Below, piece after piece: positions 47,958 through 59,854 of a DNA stretch of 64,000 nucleotides. The number at the start of each line of letters is the position of its first letter. Position 1 is the first letter of the stretch. This DNA is from Fonticula alba ATCC 38817. Lineage: Eukaryota; Protista; Nucleariida. Under the pieces are notes generated by a model. It saw only the letters and a list, made by a program, of their open reading frames with translations. It was not told the origin of the DNA and made no database searches. The stretch is from the NCBI GenBank assembly GCA_000388065.2, contig KB932207.1, one strand, 5' to 3'. The position numbers and the translations under genes were made by a program.

Positions 47958-50311
47958 CTAGTGCGCCTTCCGCTTCGCTGACGGCCGGGCGCCATCGTCC
48001 ACCTGCTTCGCCTCCTGGACTTGCCCGACGGACGCCGGGTGCAGCAGGAAGAAGAGCGTCACCAGCACGGTGGCGGCGGCCATCACCCAAATGGCGGCGT
48101 AGGAGAAATGCCCCGAAGGGAGGAAGCGCTCGTACTGCGAATAGCGCAGCGGCCGGATGGCCACCACCTCCGGGACATTGATGAAGCTCAAGCCCGGGGA
48201 CATGAGCGACAGGCTGAAGGTGAACACGCCATAGGCATTGGGCAGGGAGAAGGTGGCGGTGAAGTGGCCATCGGTCGTGGGCTCGAGGGCCGCGCGCAAA
48301 AATGGCTCAAGCATCTTGACCTCGACGCTGTGCGCGGGCGCGGAGCGAGTTGCGGGCCAGTGTGGCCAGGAGAGACCGGGGGGGGGGGGGGGGGGTGAGT
48401 CACCGGATCAGGCCAGGGGAGGCGACCAAAAGGGCGGGCGCGGGGGTGACAGGGGGCGGGCGGTGCACGCACAAGGGGGCGATGCCGGTGGCCGGGATCC
48501 ACGTCCGGCCGTCGTCAGCCAGCTGCTGGATCTCCGCTCGGAAGGTGATCCGATCCCAGATGGTGTACTCCGAGGGTCGCGGCCCGGCGGGGCCAGCCGC
48601 AGAGTCGGCCAGGTGATGCGTGGTAGATACGACGCGCAGGAGCCCAGCGCGGTTGACACCCCACCGGAGGACGTTGCGCGCGAAGGCGCGGTTGCCGGCC
48701 TCGAGCGCGTGGTTGGAGATCATGCTGGTGGATCCGGCCAGCAGGGCGCGGGTGTTCTTGCGAGTCTGCATGCCGGCCACCAGATCCAGCGACCGGCCCA
48801 TCACCGGGAGGGTAGCTGGCGCGCGGGACAAAGCCCGTGGCAGAAAAGGGGAGGAAGGGCGGACAAGGGTCAGCCAATGTGCCAGAGGGTGAGGAAGGAG
48901 AGTGCGCCCCGCTCCCTGCCTTAAGACCCGGGGAAGGGTGCGTACGGGGGACATCGTAATTGGTGACATCGGCCACAAAGGTGGTCGGGTTACCCCGAAG
49001 GAAGGACACCACCTGCAAGGAATCCAGGTTGAAGGCGGGCGAGGAGGTCATCGACGTGAAGGCAGTGCCTGGAAGGGGGGGGGGGGGGGGCCGAGGGGAG
49101 TCAGCATTGGAGGCAGCCGCAGGATCATACTTCCGGAAGGTGGAAGCGCATGCACTCGTACCACTGTACAGAGTAGGCCCGGCGCTCCGAGTGCCGAAGA
49201 GCTTGCGATATGTGTCGGACACCTGGTCCACGCGGAAGGAGAAGGGGAAGTCCCCCTCCTCGAGCGGGCGCTCCGGCGTGGCGTAATCGAGGGCACGGAA
49301 GTTCGTGGCCTTGCCGCGGAACTCGAAGCCAATCTGCGTTGTTTGGTGTGCCAGGAGAGGCGGAGGAGTGAGCATCCGGACTGGAGGGGGAGGACGGGGG
49401 GGACGGGGGGGGGNNNNNNNNNNNNNNNNNNNNNNNNNNNNNNNNGGCTGGGGGCAGGGGGCAGGGGGCAGGGAGCAGGGAGCAGGGGGGGGAGATGGAA
49501 GACACGCACCTGGTAGCCGAAGGCATGGAGGAAGCTGGGCTCCTCGGTGGGCCCGAAGAAGGCCAGCACATTGCCGCCGCGCTCCATGAATTTGATCAGG
49601 TTCTTGTGGTTGTAGAAACTCGGCAGCCCGGCGAAGTCCGTGCCCACGAAGATGAGGTTCCCGAAGGCGGGGAGCCCGTCGTGCGACAGGAAGGGAACGC
49701 TCGAGTCGCCGAAGGCCACGGACGTCTGGAGGCCGATGTCTGTGCCGAGGCAGGCCGGGAGGGAGCGCAGGCAAAGCCGGGGCGGGTGAGCAAAGTGCGT
49801 GCGGGGTGCATGCATGACAGCGTTCCGGAGGGGGGGGGAGGCGGGCAGGAGGCCACCCGGTTGGCGTACCCTGCAGCATGGCCAGGAACTGCGAGTGCGT
49901 TTCGGCCAGATCGGCTGTCTGCAGCAGAACCAGCGTACGCGGGTCAGGCAGGGCCCGGACACCGGGGACCGCCAGCCGGGCCATGCTCGGCTCATTGGCC
50001 AGGATGTATTGCTCGGCGGTGAAGCGGTCGGCCGGCAGCGAGGAGCCGATCCAGTCGCCGGACGGGCGCTCGGCCTCCGAGAGGGCGGCATGCAGTGGCC
50101 CGCGGCCCTGCGCCGTGGTTTGGCTCAGGGTGCGCGGGGGAAGCCCATCGCCGGAGATGAGCGGCGCGACCGGGACCCGAGTCAGCATGTCCGCTTGCGC
50201 GGCCACCCGGGCCGTCGGGGCCAGGAGGGCGCCCAGCAGCAGGGCGCAGAGCAGCACAAGCAGCCGGGAAGCGCCCCTCCCGGTGGGGAGGGCGCCCTGG
50301 AGGAAGGCCAT
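47958..50311 (-). CDS. DDOST: Oligosaccharyltransferase 48-kDa subunit (OST48/WBP1), multi-exon
   Basis: Signal peptide; RTLVLL…ETHSQFL; NLIKFMERGGNVL; NHALEAGNRAFARNVLRW; EYTIWDRITF; FSLPNAYGVFTF…GLSFI…VAIRPLRYSQYERFL; C-terminal TM; cytosolic KRKAH* (KxKxx ER retrieval). Confidence 0.93.
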
Positions 50312-50627
50312 GGCTGGGGCGGAGGGAGGGGAGGACCGGGGCGGCGACGATGCAGCGAGGGGAAGGAGGGGGCGGGTGCGGGAGGAGGCAGCAGGGCAAG
50401 ATGGCGCAGGCGAGCGGCGTGGTGTGGAGGAGGTGCTGTGGTGGGAATCCCTGACCGATCGGGCCCCCAGCCGAAGAGAGCTGCCCCGACGAAAATGTGG
50501 CCCCTCGCGCGGGGGTGTCTAGTGTCCTGTCCTCGCGCCGGCGCCCATCATGCCCACTCGCCGGGGCCACCTGCCAATGAGGCTTGGGAGTGCGAGCGCA
50601 TCAGAGGACGAAGGTCAAGCAAAGCGA

Positions 50628-50794
<167 letters not shown>

Positions 50795-51317
50795 GCGGCG
50801 AGAACAGGTGTAAATCGCCTGGGACAACGGGCAAGACCCAGGGAAAGCCTGGAGACATTTGTCGGGAGGGCGCAGGAAAGAGGAGCCGGATCAGGTGATT
50901 CGAATTCCGGTGCGGCGGCACCTCGCCTGAACATGCATCTCAAGCGCGGCGAAAGACATCGCCGATGTGCGTGTGTGTGTGTGTGTGTGGAGGGAGGAGG
51001 GGGGGAAATGTGCGGTTTGTGTCTATTTGCATGACAAGCCCCCACCGAATAGGGGGAGCACGAGAAAGGGAGGGGCCAAAAAAGAGCCGGCCCCCTCGCC
51101 CGATCCCCGTTTCACGATGTCAGGGGGGGGGGGGGAGAGAAAGAAGGAGAGGGACAGAGAGGGNNNNNNNNNNNNNNNNNNNNGGGGGGGGGGGCGAGAA
51201 GTAGACTCAAGGAGAAGAGACGCGAGCAATAGCCGCTTGCCTCTGTTGCCGCCCGCCCGCCCGCCCGTCCCCCCCCCCCCGCTTAGGGCGATGCCCGCTC
51301 TGCCCATCTCTCTCCCC

Positions 51318-54300
51318 TCACTGGCTGCCATTGGGGGGAGACCCACCGGCAGAGGAGCCGGACCCGGGCGAACGCGGGCCAAAGAGCATGGCCACACGGG
51401 CGGACTGCTGACCGGGGGGCGGCGAGCCGCTGGTCGACGAGTCGGTGGGGCTTCCGCCGGCGCCCGGGGGAGCGGGGCGCTGAACCAGGCGCCCGGGGGC
51501 CGCCATCGGCGAGGCCGACTGCGACGCCGTCAAGGACGACTGCACAAGCGGGGACTTGCCAAACACATCCACCAGGTTGGGCTTCGACGCCCGGGAGGCA
51601 TGTGAAGCCCCCTTGAGGAACTGCGGCTGCGACTCCGTGGCGAAGGTGGGGCTGGTGGCGGCGGGCCCGCTGGCAGGGGCCGGAGCGGGATCGCCGCCGC
51701 CGCCGGAAGGACCCTTGCCAGCCGGGCGCGGCTGGCGACGGGACGAGCTCCCCCCATCGCGGGTGACCAACTTCGGGGCGAAGGGGCGCTGCTGCTGCTG
51801 CTGCTGCTGCTGTTGCTCGGAGACCGGGGCACCAGGAGCAGCAGCAGGGGCAGCAGCAGGGGCATCCCCATCGCCGGCGCCGACCGGGCCATCATCACCG
51901 TCATCATCGTCATCGGAAAAGCCATCCGAGGACTTGGCCCCGGCATTGGCACTGGCCAGGTTCAGGTTGGAGATGGACTCCGGGATGTCCAGCCACAGCT
52001 GGAAGGGGTCACGGTCGGGGATGAACTCGCCATCCGGATCGCCAGCCAGGGCGGTGCTCCGGAAGCGCGAGTACAGCACCGGCATGGAGCTGGAGCTGAC
52101 CAACTCCGAGACACTCAGCGACCGGGGGGACAGGTAGTTGCCCCCACGCGCGGCCAGCAGGCTCTGGATGCTGGGGGTCAGCTTGACCGCACGGCTGTAC
52201 TCATTCAGCCCGGGGAAGAGCAGTGGCCGGCCCTTGTGGCGGACCTCCACCTGGCGATTGCTGCTGTAGTACAGCAGCAGCAGCTTGCTCCAGGGAACCG
52301 ACACCAGGCTGTAGGAAATGTGCGTCAGGCTCTGGACACTCTCCACACACTGGCCCAGCAGGGCGAAGGACCCGGCGGCGCTCGGGCACAGGTGATTGCT
52401 CAGCAGATCGACCGAGTCGATGTCCGACGGCTGCTTGGTGGCGAAGGCGCGCGTGGCGTCCAGCGGCCGGTCCAGCAGGATGATGGATGTCCGGTTGAGG
52501 GGGTTGTTCACCACCACGGTGCCCACCGTGCCGAAGGGCACCGACCGGTTGGGCACCGTCCCGACAATGGCCACACGCGTCAGGAGGTACGGCATGGGCT
52601 GGTACACCGACCAGGGGGCCAGCTCATTGTCCGGGTCCACCATCAGCGAGGGGTAGACAATGCGATCCTCGTCGACCTGCTCCTGCGACAGGAGGTATGC
52701 CGCCGGGACCGACACCAGCGGGCGCTGGTGCTGGGGAAGGGTCGGGGACATTTGGCTGCCAAGGAGGAGCGAAGCAGGGGCCGCAGAAGGGCGGACAGGC
52801 AGAAGGGAGGGGACGGCACAAGTCAGCGCGTGCGCGCGACAGAAAGAGAGAGAGGGAGAGAGAGAAAAGGAAAAAAGGAAAAAAGGAAAAAAGGAAAAAA
52901 AGAAAAAGAGAGAGAGAGAGAGAGAGAGAGAGGCAGAGCGGGCGAGCGCGGCCGCCGCCAGCGAGAGATGGACGGAAGTGACCAAGCGCGCGCATCATAT
53001 GGCGGAAGAGAGGGGGAAGCCCGGCCAAGGGGGACACACGTACAAGACACTCCGGCCATCGGCCAGCCGTTGGATGTCCCACGAGCTGAGAGACTGCGAG
53101 CCGACCGCCACGCGGAAGTGCGAGTTGAAGGAGGTGTTGACCCAGGTCTGGAAGAGGCGCGCCGACTCGATGTTCGGGAAGAGCGCATGCAGCGGGACCG
53201 AATTCTTGTCGATGCGGATGCTGCGCAGGTCCACGCGCGGCGACAGCCGGCGGATGTTGGCGAAGTAGAGGGCCAGCAGGCCCAGCCCGGGCTTGGTGAA
53301 GAGGTACTCCACATTCTTGAGGCTCAGGGCCGGGACCGTGCCACTGGCCCGAGCCCGGCTCAAGGCCTTGATGTAGTTCGGGGTCGGCAGCAGGAACAGC
53401 GGCGAGTACTCGTGGATGAAGGAGTCCCGCATGTTGAGGCCGATTTCGATGGACCGGTGGGAGCTGCGCGAGCTGCCGGACCCGCCGCCCTCATTCGGGA
53501 GGACCAGCCGCAGGCGGCTGATCACACGCAGAATCAGCGACGTGGACACATTCAGCAGCTGGCCCACCTTCATCAGCGGGAAGAAGGAGGCCCAGTGCTG
53601 GTTGGTGTCGACCTTCGGCTCGATGGAGGCATCCCACGGCAGGTAGCTCGGCGGCGGGGGGGTGTACAGCTCCACCGCCACATGGCCATTCTTCAGGTAG
53701 CCCAGCACCGTGCCCAGCTGGCCGAAGGAGGCCGTGACATTGTGCTTCGGCAGCTGCACATTGTAGGAGAGCATGTGCGCGCGGCGGTTGTTCCGCTGCG
53801 GCGAGCTGCCCATCAGCAGCACCGTCGACCCGATGGGGAAGGCCTGGTCAATGGTCTTGGGCGGGCGCGCCAGGAACCGGCTGTCCGACCAGTCGCTCCC
53901 GAGGATGACCGACTGCAAGGGGGACACCACCAGCCGGGACACATCGGCCGAGAAGGACGGCGAGAAGACCGTCGACAGGGACCCCGAGGGGGACGACCCG
54001 GCGCCGGTGACGCCGGCGGCATTCCCGGCCGCCTCGGCCCCCTCGCCGGCTTCGGCAGCCTGGCTCGCCCCCGCCAGCCCGGCCCCCTCGGTGCCGTCGG
54101 TCACCAGCAGGGCATTCGAGGTAAATGGCCGGATGACGGCCAGCTGAACCACCTGCTCGCCGGCCAGGATGGCCAGGTCATTGTAGGCATTGCTCAGGAT
54201 GGCCGCGTGGTCCTGGAAATGGCGCAACCGCTCCGGGCAAAGCTGGAAGCAATAGACCGGCGGCTGCTTCTTAGTGCCACCGCCCAGGGGCCGGGCACTG

Positions 54301-57300
54301 GCGTCATCCGAGCCACTGCCACCCTCCTCCGGGGCCCCGCTGGCGCTCAGCCCGGAAAGGGGATTCACCGCCGACGGGGTAAACAGATGGCCACTGCTGA
54401 TGTCCACGATGCCCACCAGCTGGCCGGCACGCAGCACCGGCCACGAATAGTAGCACAGGCTCCCCAGCCCGGCCAGGTGGAAGTTCCGCTGGCTGGACAT
54501 GAAGGCCCCATCCAGCGGGGCGGCCGGCGTCGACTGGCCAGGCCCACCGGTGCCCAGGGCCCCGGCGGCGCCCTGCTCCTGCGCGGCCTCCTGGAAGTCC
54601 GACCGGGCGGCCCCGGTGCCGGGCAGGATGAACTGCAGCGTCGGCAGGCGCAAGGCCAATGTCTCATTCTTGGCGGTCTGCCCACGCCGAGACATGAAGA
54701 TCATCTGCTTGCGCACGGCCAGCGAGTGGAAGGTCGGCAGGCCGAGCGGCGCATCGGCACCCAGCCGGACCCCGGGCAGCAGGCCAAAGTGCCGGATCGG
54801 CGTCAGGCGATTGAGCTCGGCATAGCGCATGACATGGCGCTGGACCGCGATATTGGACACCATGGTCTGGATGGTGCCACCGAGGATGCCCGGGGCCGGG
54901 GCCGCGCCATCGGCCGCCGACACCCCGGTGTCCAGCAGCGCCAGCTCATACGACACAGACGGATCATGACGGAAGACAAAGTACTCCATGGAGTTCTGGT
55001 TGCGCGAGAGCACGGCATTCGGCAGCCGGGACATCGGAAGGGCCATCACCTCTCGCAGCCGGTCGATGTCGATGAAATTCACCAACACCACCGACTCCCA
55101 GTCATTCATCTTGCCATTGAGATCCACATGGAAGTCGGCCGGGAAGAAGTCCGCCACCGGCGACTGGGCCGGGTCACTGCTCATCAATGGCCGGAGGCCC
55201 TCCGGCACCAGAGCCGCCGAAGCCGGCGGCAGCACCGACAGCAGCTGCTCGAAGGGGTCCAGCGGACGCTGCAAGTCAAAGTGCGAATAGTACCGCAGGG
55301 CCGGCTCCTGGAGGAGCTCCACCCGGGCCAGGTCCGAAATCAGCGGCGAATAGTACATCGGGAAGAACCAGCCCCAGCTGGGAATCCCATGGTAATAGTA
55401 GTACAGGACCCACTGCAAGCCGCGGTAGTACTCCAGCGACACGCGGTCCACCAGGGCCCGGTAATCCGGCCGGCGCTCCAGGTCCCGGTACTGGCTGGCC
55501 GGCAGGTAGTGCAGCCCCTGGGTGAAGGGCCCGGCGATGTTCTGCCCATCCGGCAGGCGGATGGACGGCAGATCGGCCTGCAGGTCGGCCAGATCCCGGC
55601 CCGGGGAACCATCCACCGTGACCAGGGCCTCGGCGATGGCCGCGTCATCCTGCGGCACGCCGAGGCGCGTCAGCCGGTAGACACACCGCGACCGGGCATA
55701 CGCCAGGGAGAGGCGCTCGGCCGCGGCGGCCGGCGTGGCGGTGAAGGTGCGCGACCGAATCGGCGCATTGAGGTACGCCGCAAAGACCGCCTCATAATAC
55801 GTCCGCATGAGGGGCATGATGCCGACGATGAGCTCCGGCACCTTGATGATCACTTGGCGATCGTCCCGCATGTACGACAGGCCGAGGTCACTGCACGCGC
55901 GCATCAGGAACGCCATGTCCATCGGGGTCAGCGTGGCCGGGAAGGCGATCTGCTGGTTGGCCTGGCGGTATTCATCGAGCGCCGGCTCGGTCAGGCCGTG
56001 CAGCAGGAAGAAGCTGCGCAGGCGCTTGAAGATCACCAACTGCGAGGGGGTGATGAAGGTGACCGTGCGCTTGTAGGCGGTGCTGGAGTCCGGGGCCGAG
56101 GCGTGGCGCGGCTCCGACGCCAGGGCCGACTGGATGGCCTGCATGAACTCCGGCGAGAAGCTCTTCATGGAGGCATCGCCATCATCGTCATCCTCGCTGT
56201 CGTCGGTGTTGTTGGCGTTGGCGGCGTTGGTGTCATCGTCGGCCCCCGGGAGCTCGGCCAGGGGAGCAGCACCGCCGCTGCCGGCGGCGGTGGCCGAGCT
56301 GCCCAGGCCGTCGCCCTCGGAGGTGGCCCCGCCGGCCGCCCCGGCATCCGAGACCGAGGCATCACTGCGCGCCTCGACCAGCAGGTCGTGCGACACGTCC
56401 GGCGGGAATTGACTGGCCGACGCGGCACGCACCGCCGACAGCCGAGCATCCTTCCGAGAGGAGGAGGAGGAGGAGGAACCCCCGGCCCCGAGGGCCGACA
56501 GGGCGGCCGCATGCTCCGGCGAGTCGACCGCCTGCTGGACCATCAGCCGGTCGCGCGGGTCGATCGAAATCAGACTGGCCTGGTTGGCCGAATCGAAGTA
56601 GGCCGTCTCCAGGTCGGCCAGCTCGATGAAGATGCGCCGCAAGCGCGCGGCATTCAGCACGCCCGATTCATTGATGTAGCCACCCAGGTGGGGGCGCACG
56701 CGGCGGTAGGTTTCCAGGATGACATTGAGCGAGCCCTCCGGGATGTAGAGCGACGGCAGGTTCGGGAGGAAGTCATTGCCCACCAGCATGCAGAGGGCCA
56801 CGAAATCGTCGTAGATGGCCTCCGGGTTGTACCGGTCGGCCGGGTTGGGAGAGTGCTCGCGAATCAGCGGGTCCAAGTCGCGGAACTCCAAATCCAGGGT
56901 CTCCCGCAGGAGCCCCACATAGAAGAGGGTGTACTGGTCGCCGCCGGCCACCGGGGGGAGGGGCTGCTTGGCGGCGCTGCCGCTCAGGGTCGATGCCACG
57001 ATGCCGGCATTGGTGGGCCGGTTGAAGGGCGGAGCATGGAGCAGCTGCTCGCGCAGCAGGCAAAAGTGCGGCTCATGCGTGACCAGACTCAGCATGATGA
57101 GATCCGAGTCCAGGCCGTACAGACAGTGCGAGGTGTTCGGGTCGTGGTCCGGCGACTGGCGCAGCTGGCGGATGTAGGACATGATCTTGTGCTCACCCTC
57201 GCCCGGGCAGTCGGTGCCGGAAAAGATGACCTGGACATTGCGCCAGACCGGGTCCATGTTCATGTTCAGGTTGATCAGGTGCCGCAGGCGCCGGCCGAGG

Positions 57301-57767
57301 TCGTCCATCAGCTCGGTGCCCGGGGTAACGGAGTTCGTGTCGAAGACCGGCGCCGGGGCGCCCTCCTCGTCGTCATACTGGGGGGGGGCCTTGGTGAAGC
57401 GACGCGAGCGCTGCTGGTTGAGCTTGGCACGAGGGGCCACACCTGAGGCGTGGGGAGCGGGGGCGGGGGCGGGGGCGGGGGCGGGGGCGGGGGCGGGGGC
57501 GGGAGCGAGAGGACCGGGAGCAGGGCCACGAGGGGGAGGGGGTGAGCAAGCGCCCGGGCGGTGTGCGGCGAAGGGGCGCGCAGGGAAAAAAGAGCACACC
57601 ATCAAGGGCCAGGTAGATCATCTTCCGCGGGCGGATAAGATGCGCCAGGCGGTTGACAACCGCGAAGACGCCGTAAGCCAGCTCGTCATCGGAGAGGAGC
57701 GGCGCGTCGGAAGTATTGTTGTGGGAGCACTGGTGGATGATGCCGTTCATGTCGAAGTAGAGGTTGT
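51318..57767 (-). CDS. XRN1: 5'-3' exoribonuclease 1 (first exon probably inside the gap at 57800-58294)
   Basis: DNLYFDMNGIIHQCSH, ALDG|VAPRAKLNQQRSRRF, FDTNSVTPGT, PGEGEHKIMSYIR, HCLYGLDSDLIML, LVGNDFLPNLP, YYRGLQWVLYYYYHGIPSWGWFFP, PFEQLLSVLP, DLNGKMNDWESVVLVNFID. A phase-2 intron joins a C-terminal exon with the XRN1 SH3-like domain (VPFGTVGTVV). The long C-terminus indicates XRN1 rather than XRN2. Confidence 0.95.
57462..57505. repeat. (GGGGGC)n repeat in an XRN1 intron
   Basis: About 7 direct copies; produces the spurious (PA)n ORF. Confidence 0.85.
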
Positions 57768-59587
57768 CTATGTGGTGGTCGAGGGGGGGGCGGGGGGGGN
57801 NNNNNNNNNNNNNNNNNNNNNNNNNNNNNNNNNNNNNNNNNNNNNNNNNNNNNNNNNNNNNNNNNNNNNNNNNNNNNNNNNNNNNNNNNNNNNNNNNNNN
57901 NNNNNNNNNNNNNNNNNNNNNNNNNNNNNNNNNNNNNNNNNNNNNNNNNNNNNNNNNNNNNNNNNNNNNNNNNNNNNNNNNNNNNNNNNNNNNNNNNNNN
58001 NNNNNNNNNNNNNNNNNNNNNNNNNNNNNNNNNNNNNNNNNNNNNNNNNNNNNNNNNNNNNNNNNNNNNNNNNNNNNNNNNNNNNNNNNNNNNNNNNNNN
58101 NNNNNNNNNNNNNNNNNNNNNNNNNNNNNNNNNNNNNNNNNNNNNNNNNNNNNNNNNNNNNNNNNNNNNNNNNNNNNNNNNNNNNNNNNNNNNNNNNNNN
58201 NNNNNNNNNNNNNNNNNNNNNNNNNNNNNNNNNNNNNNNNNNNNNNNNNNNNNNNNNNNNNNNNNNNNNNNNNNNNNNNNNNNNNNNNNNNNNNCCCCCC
58301 CCCCCCCCCCCCGGGGTTGGCAGGCCGACACGGCTGTTCGGCCGGGTGTGGAGGCGACAACGGCGGCCGGGGCCCGCGTCTCCGCAACATGCCCGGTGCC
58401 GGGACATGGGTGCCAGCAAGACACCGGGGGTTCGTGCATCGATGCCAGGCCACTCGCACCAGTTGATCGGGTGGCCGGAAACTCGCGTGTCTGTCAAATG
58501 CGCGCGCGGCCGTGGGCGCACCAGCGCGCTCGCGCGCGCCCAGGCCACACGGGTGCACGCATCCCCCCCCGCCCCCCTGCCGCCGGCCACACGGAGGAAC
58601 TTCATCTCAAAAAACGACGACCAAGCGAGTTCCCCGTTTTTTTCGCCCCCTTTCCCGCCCTCCCAGGGGTGGGGCCCGCTCGGGCAGCCCCCGGGGCGAC
58701 GCACACCCGCCCGGGAGGACGCCCCCGGCGCAGGGGCGAGCGCCAGGACGCTTGCGCAAGCAGCAGCTCCCGGCGAGGCCGCTGCCCAATCACCGGCGAT
58801 CGGCCCCGCCCCTAAAAACACCACGACGGAAGGCGACACGGCCCCCCTCCCGCCCCCGGCCCGGCCCGGCCCGGCGCAGGCCCCCCCTCCCCCCGGGTCC
58901 TGGGCCCCACATCCGAGCCCAAAGGGCAAGCGGAGCCCAGCGCTCAATTAAAATAAGCCCGGGCGCTTCTCACCCCCCCCGCTCCCCGTTCCCCGCTCCC
59001 CGTTCCCCGCTCCCCGCTCCCCGCTCCCCGCCTCGGGAAGGTATTTTTGGCGTAATTACCCCTCCATGTCCAGAGGAATATGCCCACACCCGGCCACGGA
59101 CAAGATGGACCCAACGCCCGGGGAGGGGGGGGGGGAGCTCGGCCAGGCCTAGACGCGGGCACCCTCCCGCAGGAGCCGCCCGGGGTGACATGAGCCCGTT
59201 GCAGAGTAGACGGGAGGTAGGGTCCCCCCTCCCCCCCGCCCCCCCGCCTCCCGGCACCGGGGCGTACGTGCCCGCCCTCCTTCGCGCCCCTCCGGCCCGC
59301 AAGCGGACGCGGAACCTCAGTTCGTCTGAAGCGGCTAACGCGCACACGGAAGTGCTCCACTTTCAGAACAGGGCCAGGGAGCGCCCCCCGCTCCAACACA
59401 GTCTGTCGCCATTCCAGACCGGTCATTCCGAAGGGCACCACGTGATGCGGCTCTCGTCGATCGGCCAGGATCCCGTCCCCTGGCCAGTGTATTGTTTGTG
59501 GAAAGGCGAAGCGGGGAAAGGAGGCTTCGGAAACGAGGATGGCAGGAGGCAGAGAGAGGGAGGGGGGGGGGGGCGGGTCCTGTGGGG

Positions 59588-59632
<45 letters not shown>

Positions 59633-59854
59633 GGAGACAGAGAGTGAGCGTGCGCACCAGAGACCCATGCTCCACCAGCGCGAAGGGACGGAGCAGAGAC
59701 ACAAAACAGGAAGCACACACTCCCCGGCTCGTGCGGGCCAGCGCCCCTTGGTCCATCCAAGGGCATCCGCCCGGCAATCGATGCCACCTGCTCCTGCCCT
59801 GCGCGCTCTTTCTCTCTCTCTCTCTGTGTGTGTGTGTTTATGTGTGCGTGTCTC

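Noticed and set aside
51813-57446. 1,877-aa plus-strand ORF
   Set aside because: Antisense shadow of the XRN1 coding exons; GC-rich codon bias suppresses stops on the opposite strand and no motifs are present.
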